From Hyaloraphidium curvatum SAG 235-1 (taxonomy: Eukaryota > Fungi > Monoblepharomycota), in NCBI GenBank assembly GCA_025558095.1, contig JAIVFI010000027.1:124001-188000 (forward strand): 64,000 bases of DNA, read 5' to 3'. Of the stretch, positions 29,557-42,867 are shown piece by piece. The position numbers were made by a program, and so were the translations under genes. Numbering within the stretch: position 1 is the stretch's first letter; each line of letters opens with the position of its first letter. A model generated the notes under the pieces. That model was not told the origin of the DNA, searched no databases, and saw only the letters and a program-made list of their open reading frames with translations.

Positions 29557-31897
29557 CTACAACCTGCTCCCCGTCCTCCGCTTCCCCTCCACGAAACTCT
29601 CCACCAACTTGTCCACCTCCTCCCCCTTCCTGCACATCCACGTGTTTCCCTCCCCGCTCTCGAGCATCTCCCGCACGTCCTCATCCGACCCGGCGGGATC
29701 GTCGTAGTCGAACGCGAAGCCGATGTAGCGGTCGTAGCTGCCCGCAAACAGGGAACGTCAGAACGCACCGCGCGCGGGAGCGGGAGGCCACGTACCAGAG
29801 CGGGTGCGAGGAGAACCGGATGTGCTGGTAGTTGGGCCCGTCGCACGAGAACCTGATCGGCGGAAGCAGGCTCTGCACCGTCCCCCCTGCCGCGCACACG
29901 GCGGATCAGCGACCATGCGAAGCCGTCCGCGCGCCGATCGGCCCACCGTGCGGGTTGTCCGCCGTCCGCATCCACACCCCCGACTCCCACCGCGCCTTCT
30001 CGACCCCCCTCTCCCGCATCCACAGCGGGAACTTGAGCAGGTAGTCCAGCTGCCCGTTGTGCCTCACCGCCGCCGGATCCGCCCCCAGCTCGGGCTCGTG
30101 CTTCGGGTACCCGTCCCACATCCTCCGCACCGCCTCGCCGTCGGCATAGGTCCCGAGATCCTGCAGCGCCAGCGCGGTCTGGGTGAGGCTGCTCCGCACG
30201 AGGTAGCTCCCCCCCTCTTCCGTCCTCCTTAGCAGCGCCGCCAGGATCCCGGCGGCGGTGTTGAGCCCCGTCGTCACGTCGCACGTGAGCGCCGGGGTGA
30301 TGGTCGGGATCGACGACGGCGGCTGCGGATCGTAGGGCTGGAACGTGCCCTGCACCATCGACACCCCCGAAATGTGCTGCCCAAGGTTCTCGACCCCGGG
30401 GAGGGCCGCGAGCTCCCCGAAGAAGCCGAAAGTGTTGGTCTCGGCGTAGACGATGCCCCTGCCCCTCCCGGCCACCATACTCAGCACGTCCTCGTACCCG
30501 AACCCGAGCTTGGCCATGCTCCCCGCGAGCAGGTTCGTCACCACCACGTCCGCGTCCGCGACCAGCTCCCTCAACTTGGCCTTGCCCGCGGCGGACTTAA
30601 GGTCCAGCTCCGCGGTGCGCTTGTTGAGGTTGATCCCGCCGAGGTCGTAGGCGGGGTAGTCGACGATGTCCTTGGAGGCCACGCGGATGACGTCGGCGCC
30701 GAGCTGGGCGAGCTGCAGGCCGGTGCAGGGGCCGGCGAGGATGCGGGTGATCTCGACGACCCTGTGGGACCCAGGCAAGGACCGCGGTCAGCACCGGATC
30801 GGCACCACCATGCCATGCGCAGCCCACTTGATCCCGTAGAGCACCCCCCTCCCGCACGGCCCTACCCCCGGCTTAGCCCCCGCCTTCCACCCCATCTCCC
30901 CCCACAACCCGCCCTTCTCCTCCTTTGCCCTCCCCTCCCGCGCCGCATCCCACTCTTCCAACGTCCTCGGCCCCCTCACTTTGGCCGCGCGTTCTACCCC
31001 GACCCTCGGCACCCGCGCCAGCGCCCTCCCCTGGTCCGTCGCGTCGAACTCGGCGCGGGTGCGCGGAACGACGGCGATTGCGGGGATCCGCTTGACGGCC
31101 AGCTCGAGGTCCATCGCCTTCTTGGAGGAAAAGTGCGAGCCGAGGATGGAGAGGAGCTCGGTCCAGTGCGCGGACCAGGTGGTGGGGTGGGTGAGGGGGG
31201 AGGCGATAGCGAGGCGGATGATGCGCTTGATCTGGGCGGGGGAAAAGCCGAGAGCGGAGAGGAAGGTGGCGGGATCGTCGGTCACCCGCGGGAAGAACTG
31301 CGGAACGGGGAGCGTCAGCGTGAAGTCGGCAAGGGAGGCGTGCAAGACACCGACAAAGATGTGCCGGTCCTCGGTCTTCCACACGTTGGAAAGGAAGCCC
31401 CTGAGCAGCGCGAACATCGGGCTCCACGCCGGCGTCCCCGCCGGCGGATCCACCAGCTCCTCGCTCGGCGCCGGCGGCGGCCCGACCAGTGGCTCCGAAG
31501 CCCCCTTGGCCTCCTCCGAGTTATTGGCCGCCGCCAGCTGCTCCGCCATCTTCTGGTTGATGAGCAGGTTCATCTCGGCCCACGCGCCGCCGCCCTCTAC
31601 CATCCACTCGGCGAGGAAGGGGGCAAAGAGGACGAACGCGGCGTGCTCCACGTCGAGCGTCGCCTCGGTCTGCCCGCCCTTCTTGGCCTCCAGCAGCGTG
31701 CAGATTGCCGCCATCGCGATCTGCGCGCCGGCGACGAGCTCGCCGATCTTGAACGGGGAGGGGACGAACGGCTGCCGCGATCCCGAGAGCCGGACCGCGG
31801 CGACGGCGCCGGCCGCGGGGGAGCCCGGGCCCGCGGGGAGGCCGCATTGCGAGAGGAGGCGGAGGGCTGCGTCGCGCGCTCCGGCGTGGACGTCCAT
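29557..31897 (-). CDS. CoA-transferase family III (CaiB/BaiF), fungal long form, ends SRL* (PTS1)
   Basis: PSPFKIG, RVVEITRILAGP..G..LAQLGADVIRV, NLNKR..LDLKS..GK..LRELVADADVVVTN and DVTTG. The spliced last exon ends KRRTGSRL with TAG at 29557. Confidence 0.88.
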
Positions 31898-31980
31898 CGC
31901 AAGTTGGGTGGGAGACGTTCCGAGCACGTCTCAAAAAGATGGAGTGTGGCAAGGACCAACAAGGACACATGCGACGAGGA

Positions 31981-33218
31981 ATGGACGAGCTCCTCCGCTC
32001 CGTCGCGGAGCTGAAGGCGGCCGGCACCGAGACCACAGGCACCACACCGGACGACGCTGTGGCCGCCACCGTGGTCCATGCAGCCTGCTCCCGGGCCGGC
32101 GCCGCCGCAGAGATGCTCGCCCGGGTATGGCACCTCATGCACGCCACGCCGGCCGGCTCCCAGGATCGCGACCGGCTCCGTGAGGCAGCGACGGAAGTAC
32201 GGGAACTTTTGGGTCGTTCAGTCCCCGCCTTGAGCGACGCCGGGGTGATGGCGACTGCGCTGCTTTCCACTCCGTCCAGCATCCCGGAGCTAGGACGGCG
32301 ATTCCCCCGGATTGATCCACCGCCGCAGGTGCGCTGGCGAATCGGCTTTTCTCGGAGAACTACGCGCACATTCGCAAGCTGGTCATGCTTCCGTTTCTGG
32401 TCGACCTCCACGTCATCGCTGGCATTCGCGCCGAGTCCCCGCCGCCGGCACGGAGCTGGGAGCCAATCTTGTGGCGGACTCCTCCGCCTCCAGAGGGGGC
32501 GCTTGAGTCTCTGTTCGATTCCGGGATGGTCTACTCCCCGCTCGACCTCGGCCTCGCGCTACTCTCGCCGATGGCGGTCTCAAGACCCGTGCGCAAGCGG
32601 CTGTCCCTCGACCACGAGTTTTGTGAGCTCCTCTTGGCGGCCACCGGCGACCTGATCTTGAATAACCTGGACGGCTGTCACCGAGACCCAGAAACGTGCG
32701 AGCTCGCCGCAGAGCGCATCTCTGGGCTGGTCCATCTCCTCGACCAGGCCGTCACCGAGGACCCGACGGGGTGGTCACGGAGGGTTCAGGACCCGGGGCG
32801 GCACGAAAAGGGCCTCCCGGTCGCTTACTCGCGCGACATGCGAGCACAGCACCCGGACCCTGGCTCGCTCTTGAATCTCCTCGGCAAGGTCGAGCTGGCG
32901 ATGGTCAGGTGGAACTACGATCCCGGGATCGAGGCCAGCCTGAGGCTTACGGCGGAGGCAAGCAGGCGGCTTGGCTCGGCGCTGCGGCCCGGTGGTGGCG
33001 ACAAGGCCCAAGTCCGAGCGGCCGCCCTGTTGCAGCAGGCCGTTGCCAAGGGCGCGAACGCGCCGCTGGCCTGCGACGGATCCGGCATCGCGGCGGCATC
33101 GACCAAGGAGCTCAAGAAGTGCGGCCGCTGCAAAGTTGCATGGTACTGCTCGGTCGACTGCCAGCGCGCCTCCTGGGCCGAACACAAGAAGACATGCTTC
33201 GTGGCTTCTGACAGCTAG
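31981..33218 (+). CDS. MYND zinc-finger protein (helical N-terminus), 1 intron
   Basis: C-terminal ACDGS..LKKCGRCKVAWYCSVDCQRASWAEHKKTC (second Cys replaced by Ser), with an intron at about 32328-32378. Confidence 0.8.
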
Positions 33219-33327
33219 ACAGCATTTATCCATCATTCAACTGGCATCTGATGTACATGACCAAATCTTGACTACTTGATACAGTCCCGGATGTTGTGTT
33301 GTCTGCCATGCAGCCATTTTCGTTCGA

Positions 33328-36300
33328 TTAGGCCTCGTTGGTGTTTTCGTCGAGGTCAAGTCCGCTCCTCGATACCATGTGCTGAGAACCGATCGAGTTC
33401 CTCCGCTTCTTCCGCAGCGCGCTCGGGATCCCCGAGTTGGACAGCGACTTGCGATTCCGGATCCCGGCCACGGTCTCGTCCGGCAGGATCTTCTCCGCGA
33501 TCTCCTCGATGGAATGCTTGACGCTGTGCTTGGACGCCCACGGTGTGCTCCGCACGGACTTGGTCCGCGCTCCGCCGCTCTCCAGGTCGCCGTCCTCGGG
33601 GATGTTGAATGAAACGTGCTCGTCGTGATGGCGGCGGGTCGCATGCGCGGATTCGGACGCCGGAATCTCGACGATCGAGTCGCCTTCGGGCACGATGCGG
33701 CGGCTCGTGCTCAGGGCCGAGACCAAAGCATGCTGACCAGACAGGTTGACGGCCGACTTGGATTTGGAGAAGATGCGGGACGTGCTCTTGATCGACTCGA
33801 GCTCCCCGACCCAGGAGGGCTTCGGCTTCGCAGCCACATCCTCATGCGAGACGCGCTTGAAGGAACGACGGCTCGACGGCATGGCAAAGTGCAGCTTGAG
33901 CGCGATCCGGAGCAGGACGACCCAGACGATGCTCCCCGCGGCCCAGGCGGTGCAAAGGAGCCACTGGTCCCAATACAGAGGGACGGTCTTGACAAAGTCC
34001 CCGCCAAACTGCACCACGATGACCTGGACCCCGACGATGACGACGTTGATGAGCAGGAAGGTGTGGTTGCGGAGCAGGTTGCTGAACGGGTTTAGCTCGG
34101 CCTCGAGCTGCCGAGTCGTGAGCTCGTTGAAGACCTGGAGCATGATGAAGGTGGTGAAGACGATGGTGAGCCGCCAGCGTCCGCGGCAGCTGTCCAGCCA
34201 GATGGCCGTCGACCCGAGGCTGGACGTGTCGAAGGTGCACCAGGCGGCTTCCTCGGGCGGGAACGGAACCATGCTCTCGCCGACGAACAGCATCGCGAGC
34301 AGGATGGCCAGTTGATACGTGACGATCGAGAGGATGTACCAGCGCATGTGGGGCGAAATCATGGACTCGCTGCGGGCGTGCGGTTTCCGGCGCAGCACTT
34401 CGTCCCCGGGAATGTCGGATGCGAGCGCGATGGCACCCAAGCTGTCCATGATGAGGTTGACCCAGAGCAGCTGCACGGAGTTCAGGGGCGCGTGGCCCCA
34501 GGCGGCCGAGCCGACGATGGTGATGATGATTGCGACCAGGTTGACCGAAAGCTGGAACTGCAGGAACCTGCGGATGCCGTCGTACACGTTGCGGCCCCAG
34601 CGCACGGCGTTGACGATGGACGAGAAGTTGTCGTCCATGAGAACGATGTCCGAGGCGTTCTTGGCAATCTGAGTGCCGGAGATGCCCATGGCGAAGCCGA
34701 CGTCGGCCTCGTTCAGCGCGGCGGCGTCGTTGGTGCCGTCTCCGGTGACCGCGACCGTCTCGCCCATCGACCTATCGAACAAAGTCAGCAAACACGCGGC
34801 AACGGGCCGTCTTCCAGACTCACCGAAGAAGCGAAACAAGAATAAACTTGTCGGTCGGACTGCTCCTCGCTAGCACCCGCATGCTCGGAAGGATGGCCCT
34901 CCTCTCGGTGTCCGACATGGCCCTGAACTCCGGGCCTTCGATCGCGACGTGGCCCTGCGCGGGGTCCAAGATTCCGCACTCGCCCGCAATCTTTGTGGCC
35001 GTGAGCACGTTGTCGCCGGTCACCATGCGCACAATCATGCCAGCGCCTTGGCACGCCTTGACGGCCGCAGGCACCTCCTTGCGCAGGGGATCGTTGATGC
35101 CAACGAGCGCAATGAAGACCAGGTTCGTCTCGATCGGGTTCTCGCTTTCCGCAGCTGGCTGCACGCCGACCGATTCTCCTCCCTTGCGCTCGGGCGCGAG
35201 CGACGGAAGCTCGACAAAGTCCCTGTAGGCCAGCACGATGGTCCTGAGCCCCTGTCCGGCCCATTCCTTGATCGTCGCCTCCATGCCTTTCCGGTCCTGC
35301 GCAGAAATCGGAGACACCGCTCCAACATCGAGTTTGCGATCGCACAGAGCGAGCACAATCTCGGACGCCCCCTTGACGTGCAGCCTGTAGCCCGCGGGCA
35401 GCGTGCGCGACATGCCATCGGCATGCTTCTTGATGATCAGCGTGCTCATCCTCTTGCGCTTGCTCGAAAAGGGCCACACGCCGTCCGGAGCCTTCTCGCA
35501 GTCCCGCCGGATGGACTCGTAGTCCGGGTACCCGAGCTTCCGCGCAAAGACGAGCAGGGCACCTTCGGTCGCGGATCCGACAAACTTGGTACTCGGGGCC
35601 TTCGGGGCCTTAGTGTCGGAAGCAGGGACGGCATCCTTCAGGAAAGCCGTCGAGTTCACCGCGACGGCCTCGGCAAGGAGCTCCGAGACCTCCTCCGTGG
35701 CTGGCACCCCGGTCGGCGGCTCGTCTGCTTCCAAGTCGGAATGTTTTCCCTTGCAGAGTACCTTGACGACCGTCATCCTGTTCTCCGTGAGCGTGCCCGT
35801 CTTGTCGGTGCAGATGCACGTGGCCTCGCCCATGGTCTCGGATGCGTCGAGATGGCGCACGAAGCAGTTGTCCTTCATCATGCGGAACATGGAGAAGGCG
35901 AGCGAGATGGTGACAGCGAGCGGCAGTCCCTCTGGAAGCATGTCAGTCTTGCTGTACAAAGGCTGAAAGGGAAACACGCACCAGGCACCGCAACGACAAC
36001 CACGGTCACGCTGATGACAAAGAACTTGACCATTTCCATCAGCAGGTTCCACTCCCAGACGCCGCCGCCCTGCAGATGCGCTGCCAGCAGCACGGCCCAC
36101 CGCACTAGCAGGACCACGAACGTGACCAGGCCGGCCGAGAACCCGATCTTGCCCACGGTCAGCGCCACATCCCTCAACCGGCGCTGCAGGGGCGTCTGCG
36201 AGTCGTCCTCGTCCTCCGCGGCGGCTGCGGCTTCGGCTGCCCGCGAGTTGCCCGTGTCCGCGGCGCCCGAAGCATCGCCGTTGGGCGCGCCGCGGCGGAA

Positions 36301-37966
36301 GAGGAGCTCCTGGATCTGACCGCCCATGCTGTGCTTGCCCACGGCCGTGATGCAGATTAGGCCCTCGCCCTCGGCCACGCAGGAGCCGCCAAAGACAAAT
36401 GGGGCGTCGACGGGATCCTTCCTGACCGCGATCGGCTCGCCCGTCAGGGGCGACTCATCCAGAGCGAGGCGCGAGCATTGAACGACGAAGCCGTCGCCGG
36501 GCACTTCGTCGCCCACGGAGAGCAGGACCAGGTCTCCGACGAGGAGGGAAAAGGTCGAAATGGTCTGGAGTGCTGAGTTGCGGATCACCTTGACCTGGCG
36601 TCGAGCTCCTGATTAGCTTGCCCTTCGAGCCCAAACCAGACAGAGAACCCACCATCTTGTCGTTCTTCAGCTCCGTCATCTTCCTGAACTTGCCCTCCTT
36701 GATCCAATCATTGAGGCTGGTGACGCAGAGCACGATGCCGACGGCAGCAAAGATGGCCACGCCCTCGTACCATCCGTCGACGGGGTGGGTGGCGGTGCCG
36801 ATGATCAGGATGACGAGGGCACCGACGAGGAGGATGCGGATGATGATGTCCTCCTTGATGAAGTCCAGGATGAGCGAGAACAGCGAAGGTGGAGGGGGCA
36901 CTTCGATCTTGTTGACGCCGAAGAAGTCGATGCGCTGCTGCCTGTCCCTGGGAACCAGGGGTCCCGAGAGACCGGCAGCGGCATCGTTCGGCGCGGAAGG
37001 CGACGGCTGGATCCGCTGCTTGTCCCCTGCCGGCCCCTTGCGCTTCGGAAGCAGCTTCGAGAGCCAGGCAAACCTGCCCTTCTCGTCCGTGGCATCCGCG
37101 CCGCTCTGCATCTCCGAGTCGAGCCCGGCTGCCAGGTCCGTCCTCAAGACCGCGGCCAGCCCCTCCTTGCCGCCGTTGCGGCCCCAATAGTCCTCGCGGA
37201 TCCATTCGGCATCGTTGCGCCGGTCGAAGCAGACGATGCCCGTGAGGTCGCGGGCGGTGACGGCAAAGTACGGCGGCTGCGACGGGAGGTCTGTGGGGAG
37301 CGGAGGAAAGGTGGATGGGGAAGGAAGGAGGGGGGATGCCGAGTTCACAACCGGCGTTGTAGGCGAGGCGGCGGTGTCGCTCGGCTTGTCAGCGGGAGGG
37401 GGTTCGCTCGCCGGCTCAATCCGCCGGACCGAGTCTGAACGGGAGACCAGCTGCACGATGCTGGCGCGGAGGGAGCGGGCGGAAGCGGCGGGAGCCACGG
37501 TTTCCGCGGCGGCAGCTTGGCGCAGCGAACGCACGCTGCCGATCCCGGACCCCGGGGCGGCCGGAGCCGAGACGCTCGACTTGGATTGCGTCACAGATGC
37601 TGTTTTCTCAGGGCCCGTCCCGTCAGGTGCACCGCCGAGGGCGGGATGGCCGAGGTCGACGTCGGTAGCCTGCTGTTCCAACCCATGGGGCGGCAACTCG
37701 TCTCGGATGTCTGCCACCGACCGGCCTCCCTCCTTTCCTGCGCCTCCTGAAGCAGTCGAGCGGGATCCGAGCGAGTTCGCGGAGCCCGAGGTCGTCAGCG
37801 GGGCCGGGGTGCTCGGCGCGTTCGTGCCCGGGGAGCCGGCGCGCTGCCCCGTCGCCGCCGGGGCCAGAGGAGGCTTCGCGCCCGGTCCGCGGCCGGGCTT
37901 TGTCCCCGACGAAGCGCGCAGCGGCGATTTGGCCGTCGGACGCGCCGCCGCCTTGGGAGGGGCCAT
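33328..37966 (-). CDS. PMC1: P2B-type Ca2+-transporting ATPase (PMCA/PMC1), multi-exon
   Basis: DESPLTGE, VVAVPEGLPLAVT, CTDKTGTLT, KGASE, MVTGDN, LARSSPTDK, TGDGTNDA and QLLWVNLIMDS. Confidence 0.93.
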
Positions 37967-38441
37967 TGTGTGTCCGGGGTCCGCACCCTGGTCCTCGCTC
38001 GCGGATTTCGTTCACGAGAGCCGAGCGCGAGTCCGTTCTCCAGCCGTCGTTACGGATCCCGAATGAAGAGCTAGTCTGTGACTCCGCGATGGCCCCGCAC
38101 AGGTGGAGATCCGACCGCGGTGGGCGAATTGAGCGAGCAGAAGTGGCGTTGCGTCGTCCCAACACCACCTCCAACTTCAGACCGGGAATCGGGCAGTGGA
38201 CCAAGCCCAGACCAGAGACCAGAGGAATACAATCATCCTTCAATACACGAGAGTCCACCGCGCACCCCGGCGACGGCGCATTCTACGATCCGAGGTCTTC
38301 TACAGGACCCATGGTTCCCAGTCTCCGCAAATGTCCGGTATCAAGAAAGCTCCAACAGCATTGTCGACTTCAGAAAGTTCAACGGGCTGTTTGAGCTCGC
38401 GGTCCGGCGAGCGGGAAGGGCAAGCAAAGACGTGCGAGACC

Positions 38442-38949
38442 TCAACTCGTCCGATTCGCCTTTTCGAGTATATCTTTTGCCTAACGGGCCGGCGAGGCGC
38501 GTGTCAGAATCGACTCGGCCAGAAAGAAGGCGAGGATCTTACCTCGTTGATCTTGCTGGCGATGTACGGGCTCCCTCCCTTGTCCGGCTGCACGGGCATC
38601 GACGCCACCAGTGTCAACAGCCGAAGAGAGGCACCGACAACGGAGAGCAACAACCCATCAGCACATATCCCGCCGTCCCGCGACGGCGTCCACCCACGTG
38701 ATTGGCCAGCATGATCCTCCTGTGCGCCTCCTTCAGCTTGTCCCGGCTCACGCTCTCCCGGACCCCCAGGATCAGCGCCGCCTCCCTTTTGGTCATCTTG
38801 CCTTCGAATCCTCCGCGGTAGAATTTGTTCCCGCCGAAGAGTCCCGCGGCGCCGGCTCCGGCACCCTTGCCCTTGTACATGTTGAGGGCCATCTTCCCGG
38901 CCGCGGCCGCAGCGGCGACGCCGGCGCCGATGAGGATTGCCGTGGTCAT
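38442..38949 (-). CDS. PAM18: Mitochondrial import J-protein Pam18/Tim14, 2 introns
   Basis: FYRGGFEGKMTKREAALILGV..KLKEAHRRIMLANH|PDKGGSPYIASKINE|AKDILEK; the HPD motif is formed by splicing. Confidence 0.93.
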
Positions 38950-39177
38950 CCCGGCCGAGCGGAGAAGACAAAGAGAGTCTAGGCGGTAACGGGAAGGCGG
39001 CGCGCTCCGGGACCGGGTGTTTGGGGAGGCCTGAAGTCGCTTCGATTGGTTGTTGACAGCGGCGTCACGGCTTGGACTTGCGTCTCCAACGGCGGCCCCC
39101 GCTCCACTAGTAAGAGGAAGACTCGACCGATTGGAATCAAAGAACCATGCAAAGAACACAGCTAGCCCTTTCGCGCC

Positions 39178-40650
39178 TCACAGCTTGCTCCTCAGCGCAT
39201 CCTCCAGCACCTCCATCTCCTTCTCGCCCTCGGCCTCGTCCGCGCCGCCGATCACCGGCTCGCCGATCTTGCGCAGCATCGCTTCCCAGTCCACCGCCGG
39301 CACCGGGTCGATCTGCCCGGTGCTCTTCATCATGAGCACCTCCCTAGCGGGGTCGGCAGGGGCGGTGACAAAGTCGCAGATCCGCTGGATGGCCGTCCGC
39401 GCGGCGGGGAGGAAGAGGAAGGCGTGGTGGACGTGCGGCATATCCTGCAAATGGGCACAAATAAGCACGTGTCCTCTCGCGCAACAACATCAACGCACCT
39501 CGTAGATCTCTAGCCGGACCAGCTCCGAAGGATTCGCTTCCGCGATCCGCTTCCACATCCAGAAGCCCTCCCCAAAGAGCCGCTCCGCCTGTCCGACCTG
39601 GACCAGCACCCTCGTGCCCCGCCAGGCGAGCGCGTCGCGCGGGGCAAACAGCGGGCTTACGAGCCTGTGCTTCAACAGTTCCTCGCGCGGGCAGAAGAGC
39701 TTCGGGACGCTCACGGCGCCACCGGAGCCGGTGCCACCCATGACCGGGAGGTAGTCGCCCCTCGTCTTGACGGGGAGCGAGTGGGTGAGGTCGCACCAGG
39801 GGGAGATGAAGACCACGTTCGCCGGTGCCTTGGAGGGGAGGAGCTCGGCGAGAGCGACGCGCAGGCACAGGGAGAGGTTGCCGCCCGCCGAATCGCCCAG
39901 GATGGTGATATGGTCCTGCGGAATGGAGAGATCCTCGACGAGGTAGAGATACGCCGAAAGGGCGTCAATGAGAGCCGCCGGGAACGCGTGCTGAGGAGAG
40001 AGTCTGTAGTTGACGCCCAAGACCTGCGCCGTCGCGCCTTTGCTCAGCCTCGTGGTCAGCCAACGGTGAGTCCCGTCGGACGAGCCGAAGATGTACGCTC
40101 CGCCGTGGAGGAAGAGGATCGTCCTTGAAGACCCCACCGCGTCGGGGTGCCGGACCCACTCGGCCGCGACGGTGCCTGTGTGTTCCGCGGGCTCGACCAC
40201 GTCCCCGACCTTCGACCGCAAGAAATCCACCGCCTTCGTGCTCCTCGGTATTCCGACGTACTCCTGCGCGATGTGCGGCGGCAGCTTGACCGGCCGGTTT
40301 AGCTGGTCCTGGAGCCGGCCAATCTTCCGGAACCTGTCCGCACCCTCCCCCGCCGACTCGAGCACCGCGGCGCCCGCAGCCTGCTTGTCCATGTAGCCCG
40401 CGAGCAGCGACATGAGCAGCGTCATCTGCAGGTTCCAGGACTTGCGTGGCGGGCCGCGAAGGAAGTAGCTCGCTGCCGACGCCGCCAGCCCCGGCGCGTG
40501 CGGGAGCAGGAAGCGCGCCGTTGCCGAGAGGCGGCGCCAGCGCTTCTGCAGCGCCGACTGCGACCGCCTATGCTCCGCGGCGGCCTGTTGCTCGTTCGAA
40601 GGGCGCTCCATGTTGACAAGTTTAGCCTGCGAGCTGGGACGACGACTCAT
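39178..40650 (-). CDS. HSL-family esterase (abhydrolase_3), ends SKL* (PTS1)
   Basis: LFLHGGAY, NYRLSPQHAFPAALIDA, ILGDSAGG, ISPWCDL and E|DMPHV; the C-terminus is EDALRSKL. Confidence 0.9.
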
Positions 40651-40818
40651 CTCATCGCTTCCCCTGCCGAAGGCTGCCAGTCGTCGTTCAGTCGCTCATC
40701 TCCGTCCGAAGCGATCTCTATCGAGTCTTTTTCCCTGCCCATACGATACACGTAGCGGACATATACACCGACGACGCAGCTTCCCTCCCAGGGAAAGAGA
40801 GGATGAAACGCACTCCAA

Positions 40819-42867
40819 TCACATCGTGTTGCGCTTGATCGTTCCGGCGCGGTAGGCAATCGAGTCGGCGGTTCCGACGCGCTTCATGTCGAATTTGTCT
40901 GCCTCGACGGTCTCGGGGGTGCGGCTGGCGATATCGGATCGGTTAGGAGTACACGATACGAAGAGGTAAAGACAACCGACCCGAAGATAGCGGCAAAGTC
41001 CTCCTTGGGATGGAAAGGATTCGACGGGTCCTGGAAAAGCTCGTCCATCTGTTCCGTGAGACGGCCCTTGGTCTCGGGCACGCAAGTGAGGGTGAAGATT
41101 GCGCCGACGACCATCATCGTGCCGAAGATGGAATACTGCCACGGACCAAGGGAGGCTTGCGCGAAAGGCCAGACCTTTTGAATCACGCTGCAGAACAAGG
41201 TCAACTGCGGTTCGCTCCGCAACCGATCTCGAACCTACAAGTTCATGAGCCAGTTGACCATGGTCGCGATGGCAGCGCCCTTGCCCGAGATGCGGAGAGG
41301 GAAGATCTCGGCAATGACCGTCCATGGGACAGGTCCCCACGACATGGCGAACGACGCAATGTACTGCGCGGGGAAGAACATGAAAAAGCCTTTCCACCAA
41401 AGGCCCCAACGCAACTTACCAGATACATGCACGTAGCGGCAAGAGCACTGATGGCGTCCGTCGGATTCGACTCCACGAGGTTGCAGAAGAGCACGAGGCC
41501 CCACTTCGAAGATGTTCAGGGCTATTGTTTGCCAAGGAGACATATCAAAGCTCTCACCATGAAGAGAGCCATGGCTGCAGCACCCCAGAAGAGCAGGAAC
41601 TTGCGCCCGAGGCGGTCGACCAACAGGATCGCCGGGAAAGTCATGACGACATTAACGACCGAGGAGATGGTGGCGGTGACGGTGGAAGCGAAGCTGGGCT
41701 CGAAACCCATGCCAATGAAGAGGGAAGGAGCGTAGTACAGGGCCGCGTTGATTCCACTGCAAGTCCGATTGAGGCGCGCGAACAACATTCGTGAGGCCAC
41801 GAATAGGAGAGGCAGAAGCACCTGTATACCAACCTCCACTGCTGGAACACCATGAGCGCGCAGGCGATGCCGATCCGGTTCCAGATGCCGCGCTGTGCCA
41901 GGTCGCTCCACTTGGCCTCGCCGAGCTTCTTCTCCGCCTCCACGAGTTCCTTCGTCTCCGACATGAGCGCCTCGTAGGCCGCGGAGCCCTCGTCGCTCTG
42001 GGTGATCCTCTTCACGCCGAAGATGGCGCGGTTCATCTTCTCGTGCTGGACGCACCAGCGAGGAGACTCGGGGCAGAAGGGAAGCCCGATGAGGACGATG
42101 CCGGCGAAGATGGCCTGGCAGCCGAGACCCCAGCGCCAGGCGAGGTCGTTGGTGCTGGTGTTGTAGACATTTTTCAGGATGCCGATAGTGATGATGTTGC
42201 CTGTTATACGGGTGTCTGCCAAACCGCCGTGTGAAGGGGACTCTGCGTAGGTGGCTCACCAAAAGCGATACCAATGGTGATCATGAGCTGGAAGCCCGAC
42301 GTGACAGCACCCCGGATGTCCGCAGGTGTAATCTCGGCCAGGTAGACACCGACAGTGCCAGAAAGGAAACCTGCAAGGCCTCGCGAGTGAGCTTGAAAGC
42401 GCGTGTCAGATCGAGCACTCCGCCCACCAATGCCGACACCGCCGAGAATACGCCCCGCATACAGCATTCCGATGGAGGTGGACGCAGCAGCGATAGCCGC
42501 GCCGATCGCAAGAAAGCCTGAACCAACAAACAGCGCGCCTTTGCGGCCCATGTAGTCGCCAGTGAAGATGAGAATGAAAGCGCCGACGATGGAGCCGACA
42601 ATGCACAGCGACACGATGTTGGACTCGAGATTAGCGGAGTCCGGAGTAGGGGTAAAGCCGCCCTGTCCGTCGGGAACGGCCAGGCCGAAGTAGACACGGA
42701 AGGCGGGCATCACGATAACCTGGGCCGTTCCGCCGACTTCGTAGCTGATGCAGGCAGCATGAGCACCAACGGACAATGTGAGAGCCAGTTCGCCCCTCTC
42801 ACCCTTGGCAGAACCCGCCCATGGTTGCAATGAAGACATTGAACAGAGTGAACAAAGAGAACCCCAT
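40819..42867 (-). CDS. MFS sugar porter (hexose/general substrate transporter), many introns
   Basis: Start MGFSLFTLFNVFIATMGG, then GDYMGRKG, YLAEITPADIRG, PESPRW, FQQW, LVDRLGRK, SWGPVPWTVIAEIFPLRI and VPETKG. Confidence 0.9.
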
